A stretch of DNA of 64,000 nt from Isurus oxyrinchus. Lineage: Eukaryota. The stretch is taken from the NCBI GenBank assembly GCA_026770705.1, contig JANJGN010000071.1:2480001-2544000 (forward strand). The letters run 5' to 3'. Within the stretch, counting starts at the first letter, position 1, and every line of letters begins with the position of its first letter. Below the pieces are notes generated by a model. The model was not told where the DNA came from, did not search any database, and saw only the letters and a list, made by a program, of their open reading frames with translations. Positions 12,654 to 24,079 of this stretch are shown piece by piece. Position numbers and translations under genes: made by a program.

Positions 12654-13768
12654 GTGACCTCTTGTTCCTGTGTAGCAGGTTCGAGGGGGCTGAATGGCCT
12701 CTTCCTGTTCCTATTCAATGGGCAGTCAAAGTATGCGTCTGATTTGGGACCTCAAACCCAATTCTGTCCTCAGGACATTGACAGATGGAAAGACCAGTTA
12801 CAGGTTAAGGCTGGAGGATTATTTATTTTCCCAATCTTTTATCCAAGAATGTCATCAAACATAGAGCAGAACCAGGATCAAGGATGTTGGTCTCTGTAAT
12901 CTGTAACACATCGCACAGTCCACCCATCCACTCAGCATTCAGAATGGATGCTAATTGTACTCTCCAAGTGTGAAAGACTAAAATGGTGGTTTATTGCAGC
13001 TATATCTCATTCTGTTATCAAAGCTGTCTCATCCATCCATGACATATTGAAGAAGGTAAACCTGCAACCAATTTTTCACTTCATAATTTCCAATGTTCAT
13101 TGGCAATATCAATGTAAACATGTCACGCTGAAATGATGTCCTCCCACCAGTGGTGGCACTGTAGCACATCTGTTATCCTCTGAGCTGCAGAGAACTTCTC
13201 AAATCTCCAAACAAATTGTTTCCCTGTTTCCCAGATTGTTGTTCGTTTCGCTGTTTAACAATGAAGTGTAAAATCCAAATATACTTCTGAAAATACAGTT
13301 GACTACAAAATGGTGAGTAAATTTTGCCAATCTCCTCTGCTCCAATTATCCACCAATCCTGCATTTCCTGAAGTCTACACTGGCTGATGAATATTCTGTA
13401 AACACTGACAGACAGGAAGGTGAATAACAGAATGAAAATTAACTCATAATCAAGGACACGGGATTGAATTTGTCCGTTCTGTCCTGGTACATCATCGAAC
13501 GATATCTAAAGACATTTACAATCAGATTGGAGAGAAGGATGTTTCCAACAGTGAGGGACAATTCTGAAGGATGATGTTCAAATTGAAACCCACAGACAAT
13601 CATCCTGGATAGATCATTCCAAAGAAATTCCATCAGATTGTAACAAGATGTTTAAATCTATTTCCTGGGAGTGAGTTCCTGTGGATATTAGGAAGGTAAA
13701 TTGGAGTTTTGAATGTTTCTCCCGTTCTGTATTCTCCCCACACTGTGTGGGTCTCTTTCTTGCTCAGT

Positions 13769-13885
13769 TTATAAATTCCCATAAACAGAATCCTTGGCAA
13801 AATCACAGTTTGCGTAAAGATCATCATCTGTATCAGGATTGACTCCGCGGTTAGATTTCATTTCCAGATCCTTCTCATCTTTCTG
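13769..13885 (-). CDS. Terminal cytoplasmic exon A with ITIM: QKDEKDLEMKSNRGVNPDTDDDLYANCDFAKDSVYGNL*
   Basis: Acceptor ctgtttctattacag (NAGNAG), phase 0, TAA at 13771-13769; SVYGNL fits [ILVS]xYxx[ILV]. Confidence 0.75.
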   Translation of the reverse strand, partial: QKDEKDLEMKSNRGVNPDTDDDLYANCDFAKDSVYGNL

Positions 13886-13982
13886 CTGTAATAGAAACAG
13901 AAATGATCAGAGTGACAATCAGAGTGATCAGTGTTTAGTATTATTGATCCAAATCGAAAATTCCACCCACAATAGATACATT

Positions 13983-14792
13983 AATTATTGATACTGAACA
14001 GGGTTTGATTATTGACACTGAACAGGGTTTGATTATTGATTCTGAACGGGGTTTGATTATTGATTCTGAATGGGGTTTGATTATTGATTCTGAACGGGGT
14101 GTGATTATTGATTCTGAATGGGGTTTGATTATTGATACTGAACGGGGTTTGATTATTGATTCTGAATGGGGTATGATTATTGATACTGAACGGGGTTTGA
14201 TTATTGATTCTGAACGGGGTTTGATTATTGATTCTGAATGGGGTTTGATTATTGATTCTGAACGGGGTTTGATTATTGATACTGAACGGGGTTTGATTAT
14301 TGATTCTGAACGGGGTTTGATTATTGATTCTGAACGGGGTTTGATTATTGATACTGAACGGAGTTTGATTATTGATTCTGAACGGGGTTTGATTATTGAT
14401 TCTGAACGGGGTTTGATTATTGATTCTGAATGGAGTTTGATTATTGATTCTGAACGGGGTTTGATTATTGATTCTGAACGGGATTTGATTATTGATTCTG
14501 AATGGGGTTTGATTATTGATACTGAACAGGGTTTGATAATTGATTCTGAACGGGGTTTGATTATTGATACTGGAAGGGGTTTGATTATTGATACTGAACA
14601 GGGTTTGATAATTGATTCTGAACGGGGTTTGATTATTGATACTGAACGGGGTTTGATTATTGATTCTGAACGGGGTTTGATTATTGATTCTGAACGGGGT
14701 TTGATTATTGATACTGAACGGGGTTTGATTATTGATTCTGAACGGGGTGTGATTATTGATTCTGATCGGGATTTGATTATTGATTCTGAACG
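13983..14792. repeat. 24-bp minisatellite (ttgattattgattctgaacggggt), about 33 copies, intronic
   Basis: Direct reading; 8-aa periodicity in three ORFs. Confidence 0.95.
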
Positions 14793-14926
14793 GCGTTGGG
14801 TGTGAGTTTGGTTGGGTTTGGGAGTGACTGTATAAAACATTGCAGATGCAGGACTGGAGCAGCCATATCAATAACCAGGCTACTGGAGCAGCTAAGAGGC
14901 TGGGGATCCTGTGGTGTGTGACTCAC

Positions 14927-15031
14927 CTGATTCCTCAAAGCCCAACCACGTTCACAGTTTTCATAAACAGGACCTCGATATTCATCAACACGATGGTTCG
15001 ATTTGATTCCTGCTTTCCCCTCGCCTCTCTT
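14927..15031 (-). CDS. Penultimate cytoplasmic exon KRGEGKAGIKSNHRVDEYRGPVYENCERGWALRNQ
   Basis: Acceptor ccatctctattacag, donor cag|gtgagt, 105 nt, phase 0-0, in frame with terminal exon A; homologous to that exon. Confidence 0.65.
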
Positions 15032-15099
15032 CTGTAATAGAGATGGAAATGGACAGAGTGACAATCAACATGATGTGTATTCGGTGTTGGGTTTGATTA

Positions 15100-15380
15100 T
15101 TGGGGAGAGAGTTCCAGATTTCCACTCCCCTTTGTGTGAAGAAGTGCTTCCTGACATCACCCCTGAACGGCCTGGCTCCAATCTGAAGTTCCGGCCCCCT
15201 TGTTCTGGACTCCACCCGACCCCCACCACCCACCCCCACCCGAGGGAATAGCTTCTCTCTATCGACCCTATCGAGTGTTTAATCAGTTTGAACCCCTCAA
15301 TTAGATCACTCCTTAATCTTCTAGACCTGAGGAAATATAATCGTAGACTGTGTGTAACCTGTCTGCACAATTTAACCAGA
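15100..15380 (-). mobile_element. CR1-clade LINE 3' fragment
   Basis: Minus-strand remnants RRLRSDLIE and RKHFFTQRGVEIWNSLP. Confidence 0.75.
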
Positions 15381-15542
15381 AAGATGTTCTGTACAACAGA
15401 CTTGAGCCTCACACCCAGATCTCAATAATCAGTAGAAATCTTTCAAAGGCATCAATCATTGGAATCTGTCTTTATAAAGTCACAACATCAACAAAGGACG
15501 GTGTTGGTGGTGGAAGTGAATTCCAATCGTTCCGTTACTTAC

Positions 15543-15685
15543 CCAGGACCTGTCCGACTGCTCGCCTGGGGAGGAACTGCCCACACGCTCTGCTTGGGCT
15601 GAATGACCTCTTCCTGTGCTGCTCCCTATTTGTGTTTAATTAAAAAGGGTGCATGTGTCACTGTGAGTCAAAATGAGGAAGTGCT
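15543..15685 (-). promoter_or_regulatory. Promoter and non-coding exon 1, copy C (no leader exon follows)
   Basis: Donor at 15543; aaatgaggaagtg at 15671-15683; homology stops at ~15379 against CR1 sequence. Confidence 0.55.
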
Positions 15686-15789
15686 TGGTACCAAGTGAGA
15701 AAGCAACTCTTTGCCTCGCACTGTTAGAAAACTGTTAACCCTTTGCGTGCCAATAATGTGGTTGAAGGGCCATCGACTGTTCATATGCA

Positions 15790-16980
15790 ACAAGCTCGAG
15801 GGTTTGAATGGGCCTCCTCCTGTTCCTGTGTAACAGGCTCGAGGGGTCTAAATGGGCCTCCTCCTGTTCCAGTGTGACATGATTGTGTGGCTGATTAAGC
15901 CTCCCCCTGTTCCTGTGTAACAGTCTTTGGCAGGGCTGAATGTGCCTCCTCCTATTCCTGTGTAACAGGCTCCAGGTGCTGAATGCCCTCCCCCTGTCCT
16001 TGTGTAACAGGCTCGAGTGTCCGAATAGGCCTCCTCCTGTTCCTGTGTAACAGGCTCAAGAGGCTGAATGGATCTCCTTGTTTTCCTGTGTTACAGGTTA
16101 GATGGTCTGAATGGGCCGCCTCCTGTTCCTGTGTAACAGGTTCAAGGGGACAGAATGGGCCTCCTCCTGTTTCTGTGTAACAGCATCATGAGGCTGAATG
16201 GGCCTCCACCTGTTCCTATCTAACAGGCTTGAGTGGCTGAATGGGCCTCCTCCTGTTCCTGTGTAACAGGCTTGATGGGGCTAAATGGAGCCCCTAATGT
16301 TCCTGTGTAACAAGCTTGTGGAGGCTGAATGGGTCTCCTGTACCTGTGTAACAGGCTCAAGGGGACAGAATGGGCCTCCTCCTGTTCCTGTGTAACAGGC
16401 TCGAGGGAACAGAATGGGCCTCCTCCTTTTTCTGTGTAACAGGCACGAGGGACTGAATGGGTTTCCTATTCCTGTGTAAGTGGGTTGAGAGACTGAATGT
16501 CCTCTTCCTGTTCCTGGGTAACAGGCTCGAGGAGCTGAGACTCTCTCCTGTTCCTGTGGAAGGGTGTTGAGGGACTAAATGTCCTTTTCCTGTTCCTGTA
16601 TAATAGGCTCAAGAGGCTGATGGGCTTTCTCCTGTCCTCATGTAACAGGCTTGAGTGGCTGAATGGTCCTCCTCCTGTTCCTGTGTAACAGGCTTGAGGG
16701 AATGAATGGGCCTCCTCCTGTTCCTGTGTAACAAGCTCGAGGGGGCTGAATGGGCCTCCTCCTGTTCCTGTGTAACAGGATCAAGAGGCTGAATGGGCCT
16801 CTTCCTGTTCCTGTGTAACAGGCTCGAGGGGGCTGAATGGGCCTCCTCCTGTTCCTGTGTAACAGGCTCGAGGGGCTGAATGTGCCTCCTCCTGTTCCTG
16901 TGTAACAGGCTCGAGGGGGCTGAATGGCCTCCTGCTGTTCCTGTGTAACAGGATCAAGAGGCTGAATGTCCTCCTGTCAT
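15790..16980. repeat. ~43-bp minisatellite, about 27 copies
   Basis: Direct reading. Confidence 0.9.
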
Positions 16981-16981
16981 T

Positions 16982-17198
16982 AAAAATAAATACTGCAGAT
17001 GCTGTAAATCTGAAATAAAAACAGAAAATGCTGCATTAACTCAGCAGGTCTGGTAGCAGCTGTGGAGAGAGAAACAGAGTTTTTGCTTATAGACTCTGAA
17101 GAAGGGTCATAAGGACACAAAATGCTAATTCTGTTTATCTCTGCACAGATGCTGCCAGACCAACTCAGTTTCTCCAGCATTTTCTGTTTTTGTATCAG
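16982..17198. mobile_element. Second fold-back element, hammerhead-like core decayed
   Basis: Duplicate of 12437-12653; core reads ctgaagaagggtcataaggacacaaaa. Confidence 0.5.
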
Positions 17199-18311
17199 GT
17201 GCCCTCTTGTTCCTGTGTAGCAGGTTCGAGGAGGCTGAATGGCCTCCTCCTGTTCCTATTCAATGGGCAGTCAAAGCATGTCTGATTTTGGACCTCGAAC
17301 CCAATTCTGTCCTCAGGACATTGACAGAAGGAGAGACCAGTTACAGGTTAATGCCAGAGGATTATTTATTTTCCCAATCTTTTATCCAAGTATCTCATCA
17401 AACACAGAGCAGAACCAGGATCAAGGATGTTGGTCTCTGTGATCTGTAACACATCGCACAGTCCACCCATCCACTCAGCCTTCAGAATGGATGCTCATTG
17501 TACTCTCCAAGTGTGAAAGACTAAAATGATGGTTTATTGCAGCTATATCTCATTCTGTTATCAAAGCTGTCTCATCCATCCATGACATATTGAAGAAGTT
17601 AAACCTGCAACCAATTTTTCACATCATAATTTCCAATGTTCATTGGCTATATCAATGTAAACATGTCACGCTGAAATGATGTCCTGCCACCAGTGGTGGC
17701 ACTGTATCACATCTGTTATCCTCTGAGCTGCAGAGAATTTCTCAAATCTCCAATCAAATTGTTTCCCTGTTTCCGGGATTGCTGATGGTTTTGCTCTTTA
17801 ACGATGAAGTGTAAAATCCAAATATATATCTGAAAATACATTTGACTACAAAATGCTGAGTAAATTTTACCAATCTCTTCTGCTCCAATTATCCACCGAT
17901 CCTGCATTCCCTGAAATCTACACTGGCTGGTGAATATTCTGTAAACACTGACAGACAGGAAGGTGAATAACAGAATGAAAATTAACTCATAATCACGGAC
18001 ACGGGATTGAATTTGTCCGTTCTGTCCTGGTACATCATCGAACGATATCTAAAGACATTTACAATCAGATTGGAGAGAAGGATGTTTCCAACAGTGAGGG
18101 ACAATTCTGAAGGAGGATGTTCGAATTGAAACCCACAGACAATCATCCTGGATAGATCATTCCAAAGAAATTCCATCAGATTGTAACAAGAGGTTTAAAT
18201 CTATTTCCTGGGAGTGAGTTCCTGTGGATATTAGGAAGGTAAATTGGATTTTTGAATGATTCTCCCGTTCTGTATTCTCCCCACACTGTGTGTGTCTCAT
18301 TCTTGCTCAGT

Positions 18312-18428
18312 TTATAAATTCCCATAAACAGAATCCTCAGCAAATTCACAGTTTGCGTAAAGATCATCATCTGTATCAGGATTGACTCCGCGGTTAGATT
18401 TCATTTCCAGATCCTTCTCATCTTTCTG
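18312..18428 (-). CDS. Terminal cytoplasmic exon B with ITIM: QKDEKDLEMKSNRGVNPDTDDDLYANCEFAEDSVYGNL* (orphan)
   Basis: Paralog of 13769-13885 with two amino-acid changes; intact acceptor and stop. Confidence 0.7.
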   Translation of the reverse strand, partial: QKDEKDLEMKSNRGVNPDTDDDLYANCEFAEDSVYGNL

Positions 18429-18537
18429 CTGTAATAGAAACAGAAATGATCAGAGTGACAATCAGAGTGATCAGTGTTTAGTATTATTGATCCAAATCGA
18501 AAATTCCACCCACAATACATACATTAATTATTGATAC

Positions 18538-21500
18538 TGTTGGATGCTGGTCACGAGTTTGTTGGGACTTATGGATCCAGGCTTGTTTTGGAGAGGCTGA
18601 GTAGGTACAATAGACAGAGTAGATCAGCAGACAGTTCTTAGATGAAACACATTCTGCTTATTTACAAAGGAACTCAGCAGCTACACTTGTGTGCTTTCAA
18701 CTCAAGCCCTGTCTCCGCATTACAGGCTCTAACCAAAGGTGACCGACTACTGAGGTACCTGCGCCACTCGGCTGTTGGACACTGATATAAGAGTTAAACA
18801 GGGACTTCTATTAGTGAAAACCAAAGGTCAGCAGAATTCTCCAGGTGAACCTTGTGCACCATGGGGCTGACATCAGCAGAACTCTCCAGAAAGGCCTTGA
18901 AGATCACGAGGGATTAACTCGAGAACAGACATAAAGAGATTCTGAGGGTAAACAGATAAGGTAAAGGCAAACAGCACCAGGCTAGAACGAGATAAACAGC
19001 TCTTGCTTGGGTAAGGAGCAGATATATACCTGGGACTGGGAACATCTGCTTATTATGTGATTATGTACTGACAAGATTTGAATTTAAATAACCCAATGTG
19101 TACGTGACTAACTCTGTGAACAAAAAAGATGGTTTCCCTGTAATGGGTAGAGTTCTGTTTTTAGCCAGGCCTGAGGTTGATTCTGAGAACACACCACAAC
19201 ACTGAGCTCATGTTATCTTCCATTGTAACCTTCTTCTTAAAGGTACATCACACATCAGATTACCACCACCCTCCCCCTTTACTCAGAAATACATTTTACA
19301 CTTACTTTTACCATTTTCTCAAAGTATCAGATGATTTACACAGATCAGTAATTTACAAATTCAGTCTTTCTGGGGGGTTTCCTTATGCGTCTGGAACGTC
19401 TCAGATCCACAGTTTCAGATACTTTGTCAGGAGTCTCCTTTTCTGATGTTGTCCCAACACCAGCTTCTTCGGTGGACACCTGCAAACCTGTTTCCTCAAC
19501 TCTTGCAGGTACAACGGACCCTTCAGACACATCTGTTCTCAGCTGAGTTCTTTCAACAGGAGACATAGACGCAGCTGTGAAGACTGGTGGGATTGTTTCT
19601 TGGTACTTTGTTTCTCTCCTCCTTATATGACCCACATGTCTCCATATGACTCGGTCTTCCACTTTCACATGGTGAGAAAGAGTTCCAATCGCTGCATTTA
19701 TTTCACCCGGTGACCACTTTGGCCGTTCTCTAAAATCCTTCACATATACCGTCTCTCCTACGGTCAGCTTCCTGTCATGGCTATGCCAGTCATGTCCAGT
19801 TTCCTGTCTTCCTGGACTCCTTTCCACCTTCCCGCTGACATTTAGCATGACTGATGTTGCAAATGTGACGTGAGAAAAAACTTTTTCACACAACTGAGTT
19901 TTGGGCCTGGAATGCACGGCCTGGAAGTGTTGTGGAGGCAGGTTCAATCGAGGCATTCAGGAGGGCATTAGATGGTTATTTGGATAGAGAAAAGGTGCAG
20001 GGGCATGGGGAAAGGCAGGGCAATGACAAATGATGCTCATTTGGAGAGCTGGGACAGACACGATGGGCTGAATGGCCTCCTGCTGTGCCATTAAGACTCT
20101 GTGATCCTGCAGAGGAGACTCTGAAAGGCAAACCGGTTTATTGATACAATCCTTTGTGTGTATTAATTGTGACAAACTTCTGGGAGGCCTTCTCGAACTC
20201 CAATTGTTGATAAGCATGGCTCATATCAGCTCCGTGTAGGCCGTTCCAGTCAATTCTTGTCATCTCCACAAATTCAAACACTTTGGCCAGGCTCAGGTAC
20301 AGGGACTATTGGTGCTGCCCATTCTGAGGACAGCACAGATTGTATCACTCCCAGTTTCTAGAACCTGCCCAATTCAGCATCTGCCTTTTCCCACATTGCA
20401 TAAGGTACTGGCCGTGCCTTCATAAATCAGAGGGGTAGAGTCTGGATCCACATGAATTTTTGCTTGCAGCCCCTGGATCTCCCCGAGTTCATCTTGGAAA
20501 ACTGAGATGTATTTTGTAGTAGCCCACTGGCTCTCAGTTGGAAGATCTCAGACCAATCCAGTTTAATATCTTTCAGCCAGTTTCGTCCAAGGAGGCTTGG
20601 TCCCTCACCAGCTCCCATCATCAAGGGTCATTTTACTGATTGACTTCCATACTGTATAACAACCCTGCTTATGTCTTTGGCTTGAATGTCTTCTCCCGTG
20701 TGAGTTTTCAATTAGTCATCTGTTTCTTCCAAATTTAATTGACTTTCCCCATGATTCCAGTATTTGAAAGTATGCTCCCCAATTAGCGTAATGTTAGCTC
20801 CTGTGTCCACCCCCATTCTGAGAGCTCTATCATTCACCCTCACTGTTACATAGATTGGCTCTGTTCTTCCTACCTTTAAATTATACAATGAATATCTATC
20901 TGAATCTGTTACTTCAGGCTCTTCTATGTTATGGATCTCACAGGGTTTTCTCTCTTGGTTGAAACTCTGCCTGATTCTATCCTTGCAATCTCTCATGGGC
21001 TCTCTGTTTCGATGACAGTAAAAACAATTGATTTTTTTAAAGTTCCATTCACTACGAGGTTGTCTGCTTCACCTCTGTTCACATTATTCCATGTTTTCTC
21101 TGCTAAGTCATTCCTTTTTATTTGCTGCTAGTGGTGGAGGTTTCCCGCTTCTCATCAGAGCTGTACATTTTCCCGCACTTCTTGGCTGAGGCTCCTCACC
21201 CAACATGAGGACGGTGACATTTTGCACTCTCCATATGTTTTTCGAGTCCCTCACTGCTCTTTCCATAGCCAGCACTATTCCCAGCACCTTCTGAATATCC
21301 AAATCTGTTTCAGACAGTAATCTCTTCTGAATCGCATCTTCATTTATACTGCACACCAGTTGATCTCTCAGCATATTATTTATAGATTTACCAAACTCAC
21401 AATGTCCTATTAACTCTTTCAGACTTTCCACATAACATGCAGCTGCCTCCCCTGGGACTCTATTTCTTGAGTTAAATTTGGACCGTTGCATCGTTACCGA

Positions 21501-21882
21501 GGGCTGGGGCTGGGAAGGAATCTTCACAAGGTTCACTATATCATCTAAACTTTTTGAATCCATGGCACCGGGTGACATTAAAGTTCGCATCAATCCCTAA
21601 ATCTTACTCCCACACGTGGATAAGAGGGTCGCTCGCCTCTTCTCCTCCCCATCAATGTCATTCACTTGGAAAAAGAACGCGAGGAGTTCACCATAATGAG
21701 ACCAATCGCCCACCGTTGGGTCGAAAGGATCAACTCTTCCAAACTGCAGCATTCTTCGAGGGGACTGCTTCGGTTATTAGGATGGAAATTATATTTATAA
21801 TCGTTGCGTGAGGCACAGCCGGATTTCGGTTCCCTTGCTCTCATTCCTTGCTTTTTCTTCCTTGTTATTCACCTCATCGCCA
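18538..21882 (-). mobile_element. Degenerate Gypsy element with PBS, gag, protease, integrase tail, PPT and 3' LTR; no 5' LTR
   Basis: PBS-like tggcgatgaggt at 21882-21871; gag MLRDQLVCSINEDAIQKRLL; protease VDTGA; GPSLLGRNW; PPT aaagggggaggg 19280-19269; LTR TG 19268 to CA 18538. Confidence 0.85.
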
Positions 21883-21909
21883 GTTTATTCAACCCTTGTC
21901 ACTACTTTA

Positions 21910-22230
21910 GTTTGCACTCCCTCGGTACTGAGCCTGCGACAGTGCAGCATTCCCTGGGTACGGACCCTCCGACTGTGCAGTGATCCCTTAGTCATGAGCC
22001 CCTGATAGTGCAGCAGCCCCTAAGTACTGATGCTCGAAAAGTGTAGCGCTCCCTCAGCATTGACCATCTGACAGTGCAGCACTCCTTCAGCACTGGCACA
22101 CCCAGAGTGCAACACTCGCAGTACAGACCCTCCGACAGTGCAGCACTAAGTCAGTGCTGACCGTCCAACAGTGCAGCACTCCCTCAGCACTGACCCTCCG
22201 ACTGTGCAGGACTCTCAGTCCTGACACCGA
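21910..22230. repeat. 33-bp minisatellite
   Basis: Direct reading; inverted relative to 9890-10115. Confidence 0.8.
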
Positions 22231-22438
22231 GTGCCGGTCTGAATTTTGCCAAATGAATTTCGAACTGACGACCTTCTCACTCAGAGAGAGAGAGGGTTCG
22301 AAATCCAGTGACACACAGGAGAAATTCCTGGTCAATGACTTTCCACTTTTGAGCAGAAATATCATCACAAGTCCAGAACGCAAAGGGTTAACAGCTTCAA
22401 AAAACTCAAAACACGAGCTGTTCTGTCACTTTGATCCA

Positions 22439-22578
22439 ACTTCCTCATTTTGTCTCACAGAGACACATCAACCCTTTCTCATTAAATACACAGAGGGAGC
22501 AGCACAGGAAGAGGTCATTCAGCCCAGGCAGAGCGTGTGGGCAGTTCCTCCCCAGGCGAGCAGTCGGACAGGTCCTGG
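22439..22578 (+). promoter_or_regulatory. Promoter and non-coding exon 1, copy D
   Basis: acttcctcattt at 22439-22450, attaaata at ~22481, donor ctgg|gtaagt at 22578. Confidence 0.6.
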
Positions 22579-23029
22579 GTAAGTAATGGAACGATTGGAA
22601 TTCACTTCCACGACCAACACAGTCCTTTGTTGATGTTGTGACTTTATAAAGACAAATTCCAATGATTGATGCCTTTGAAAGATTTCTACTGATTATTGAG
22701 ATCTGGGTGTGAGGCTCAAGTCTGTTGTACAGAACATCTTTCTAGCTCAAGGGATGAGGGAAGTGCAGGGACATGAGCTTTGGGACATCCTGAGGTGCTG
22801 AAAGACGATATAGAAATGCAAGTCCTTCATTGATTTATTTTTTTTAAAGCTTTTTAACTCTCTGCAGAGCACCTATCATCCCACAGAGAACCAAATTAGT
22901 CTGTGTAGACAATGTGTAAAAGCAGTTCTGATCTCTCGAGAGCTGTCGGACAAGAGGTGAGGTCTCATTAACTCCTTTCTCTTTCACAGTTTGAGAGTCA
23001 GAAGCTAAAGGAATATCTGGGAGTGGACA

Positions 23030-23069
23030 ATGATCGGGAAATCCTACTTCCTCCTGTCACTTCTCCAAG
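23030..23069 (+). CDS. Leader exon D, MIGKSYFLLSLLQ; exon spans 22990-23069
   Basis: Acceptor ctctttcacag, ATG 23030, donor caag|gtaat, phase 1. Confidence 0.85.
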
Positions 23070-24079
23070 GTAATATCATCGTCAACTTGGACAGACTTAT
23101 GGCTAATAGTCTTTGTAAAAGATCATTCTTATTGAGCTGTGATAGGGAACTGATTCAGCAGTGAGCCAGTGTACAAACTCACACCAAGTCCCATTCACCC
23201 ATCACCCCTGTGCTCACTGATATACACTGACTCCCTGTCTGACAGCAGAACTGCAGGACAGCAGAGACCTCAAAGGGTTTCAGGGCTGGAGGAGGTGACA
23301 GTGATAGGGAGTGGAGAGGGAGGATGGAGGGATAAGGAATCAATGAAGAGATTTTGAAAATTGAGTCATTGCTGGACTGGGAGCCAGTGTAGGTCAGCGA
23401 GTGACAGGGGAGCGATCGGCTGAATAGAGAAGCAGGGATAAAAACTGGGGGATGAAGTCTATCCTGATGCAAGCACTCCGATATCAATGCCCTGAAATGT
23501 TTCTCTCTTGCTGATTTTCATCAGAATTTCCCATGAAGACAACACAGAAGCTCTTAGATTAGACAGGCAGTTCAGCGTCACACTTCCTGTCCCTTCTCAC
23601 CATGCTAGAAAATTCGATAAGATAGCAAGATAACTGATAGAGAGAAGGGAGGCAAAGCTGTCTGTATGTAAAACTGTCAAATATTCTGAGTTATCATGAT
23701 TGTTTCTGATCTGCTGCAGAGTTTATATTTCATTGAAACTTATCACTTTGCAGCTCAGAGAGAGACCATTGACTCACTGCCTGAAAGGGCGGTGGAAGCA
23801 GATTCAACAGGAACTTTCAGAAGGGGAACTGGATAAATACTTGAAGGGGAAATTTTGCAGGGTTGTGGAGGAAAGAGCAGAGGTGAGAGTGGGAATAATT
23901 GGACAGATCTTTCAAAGGCCCAGCACAGGCTCGATGGGCCAAATGTCTTCCTTCTGTTCCGGATCATTCTACAATCCGATAAATTAAGTCCCTTTTCAAT
24001 AACTCTCCAGGCTCCTGCTGCAGGAATGGATCTTTCAGAAGGGCAGGGAGCAAGCAGTTTCTCATATCATGTTCATATT

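Larger units (their letters stand above)
15379..18539. repeat. Direct duplicate of ~11558-13997 (terminal exon, 3' region, minisatellite, promoter/exon 1)
   Basis: Near-identical ORF pairs 12435/16980, 13173/17716, 13439/17982, 13633/18176. Confidence 0.9.

Noticed and set aside
13941-14871. Long 266-299 aa ORFs with 8-aa repeats
   Set aside because: They are translations of the 24-bp intronic minisatellite, open on both strands by chance.
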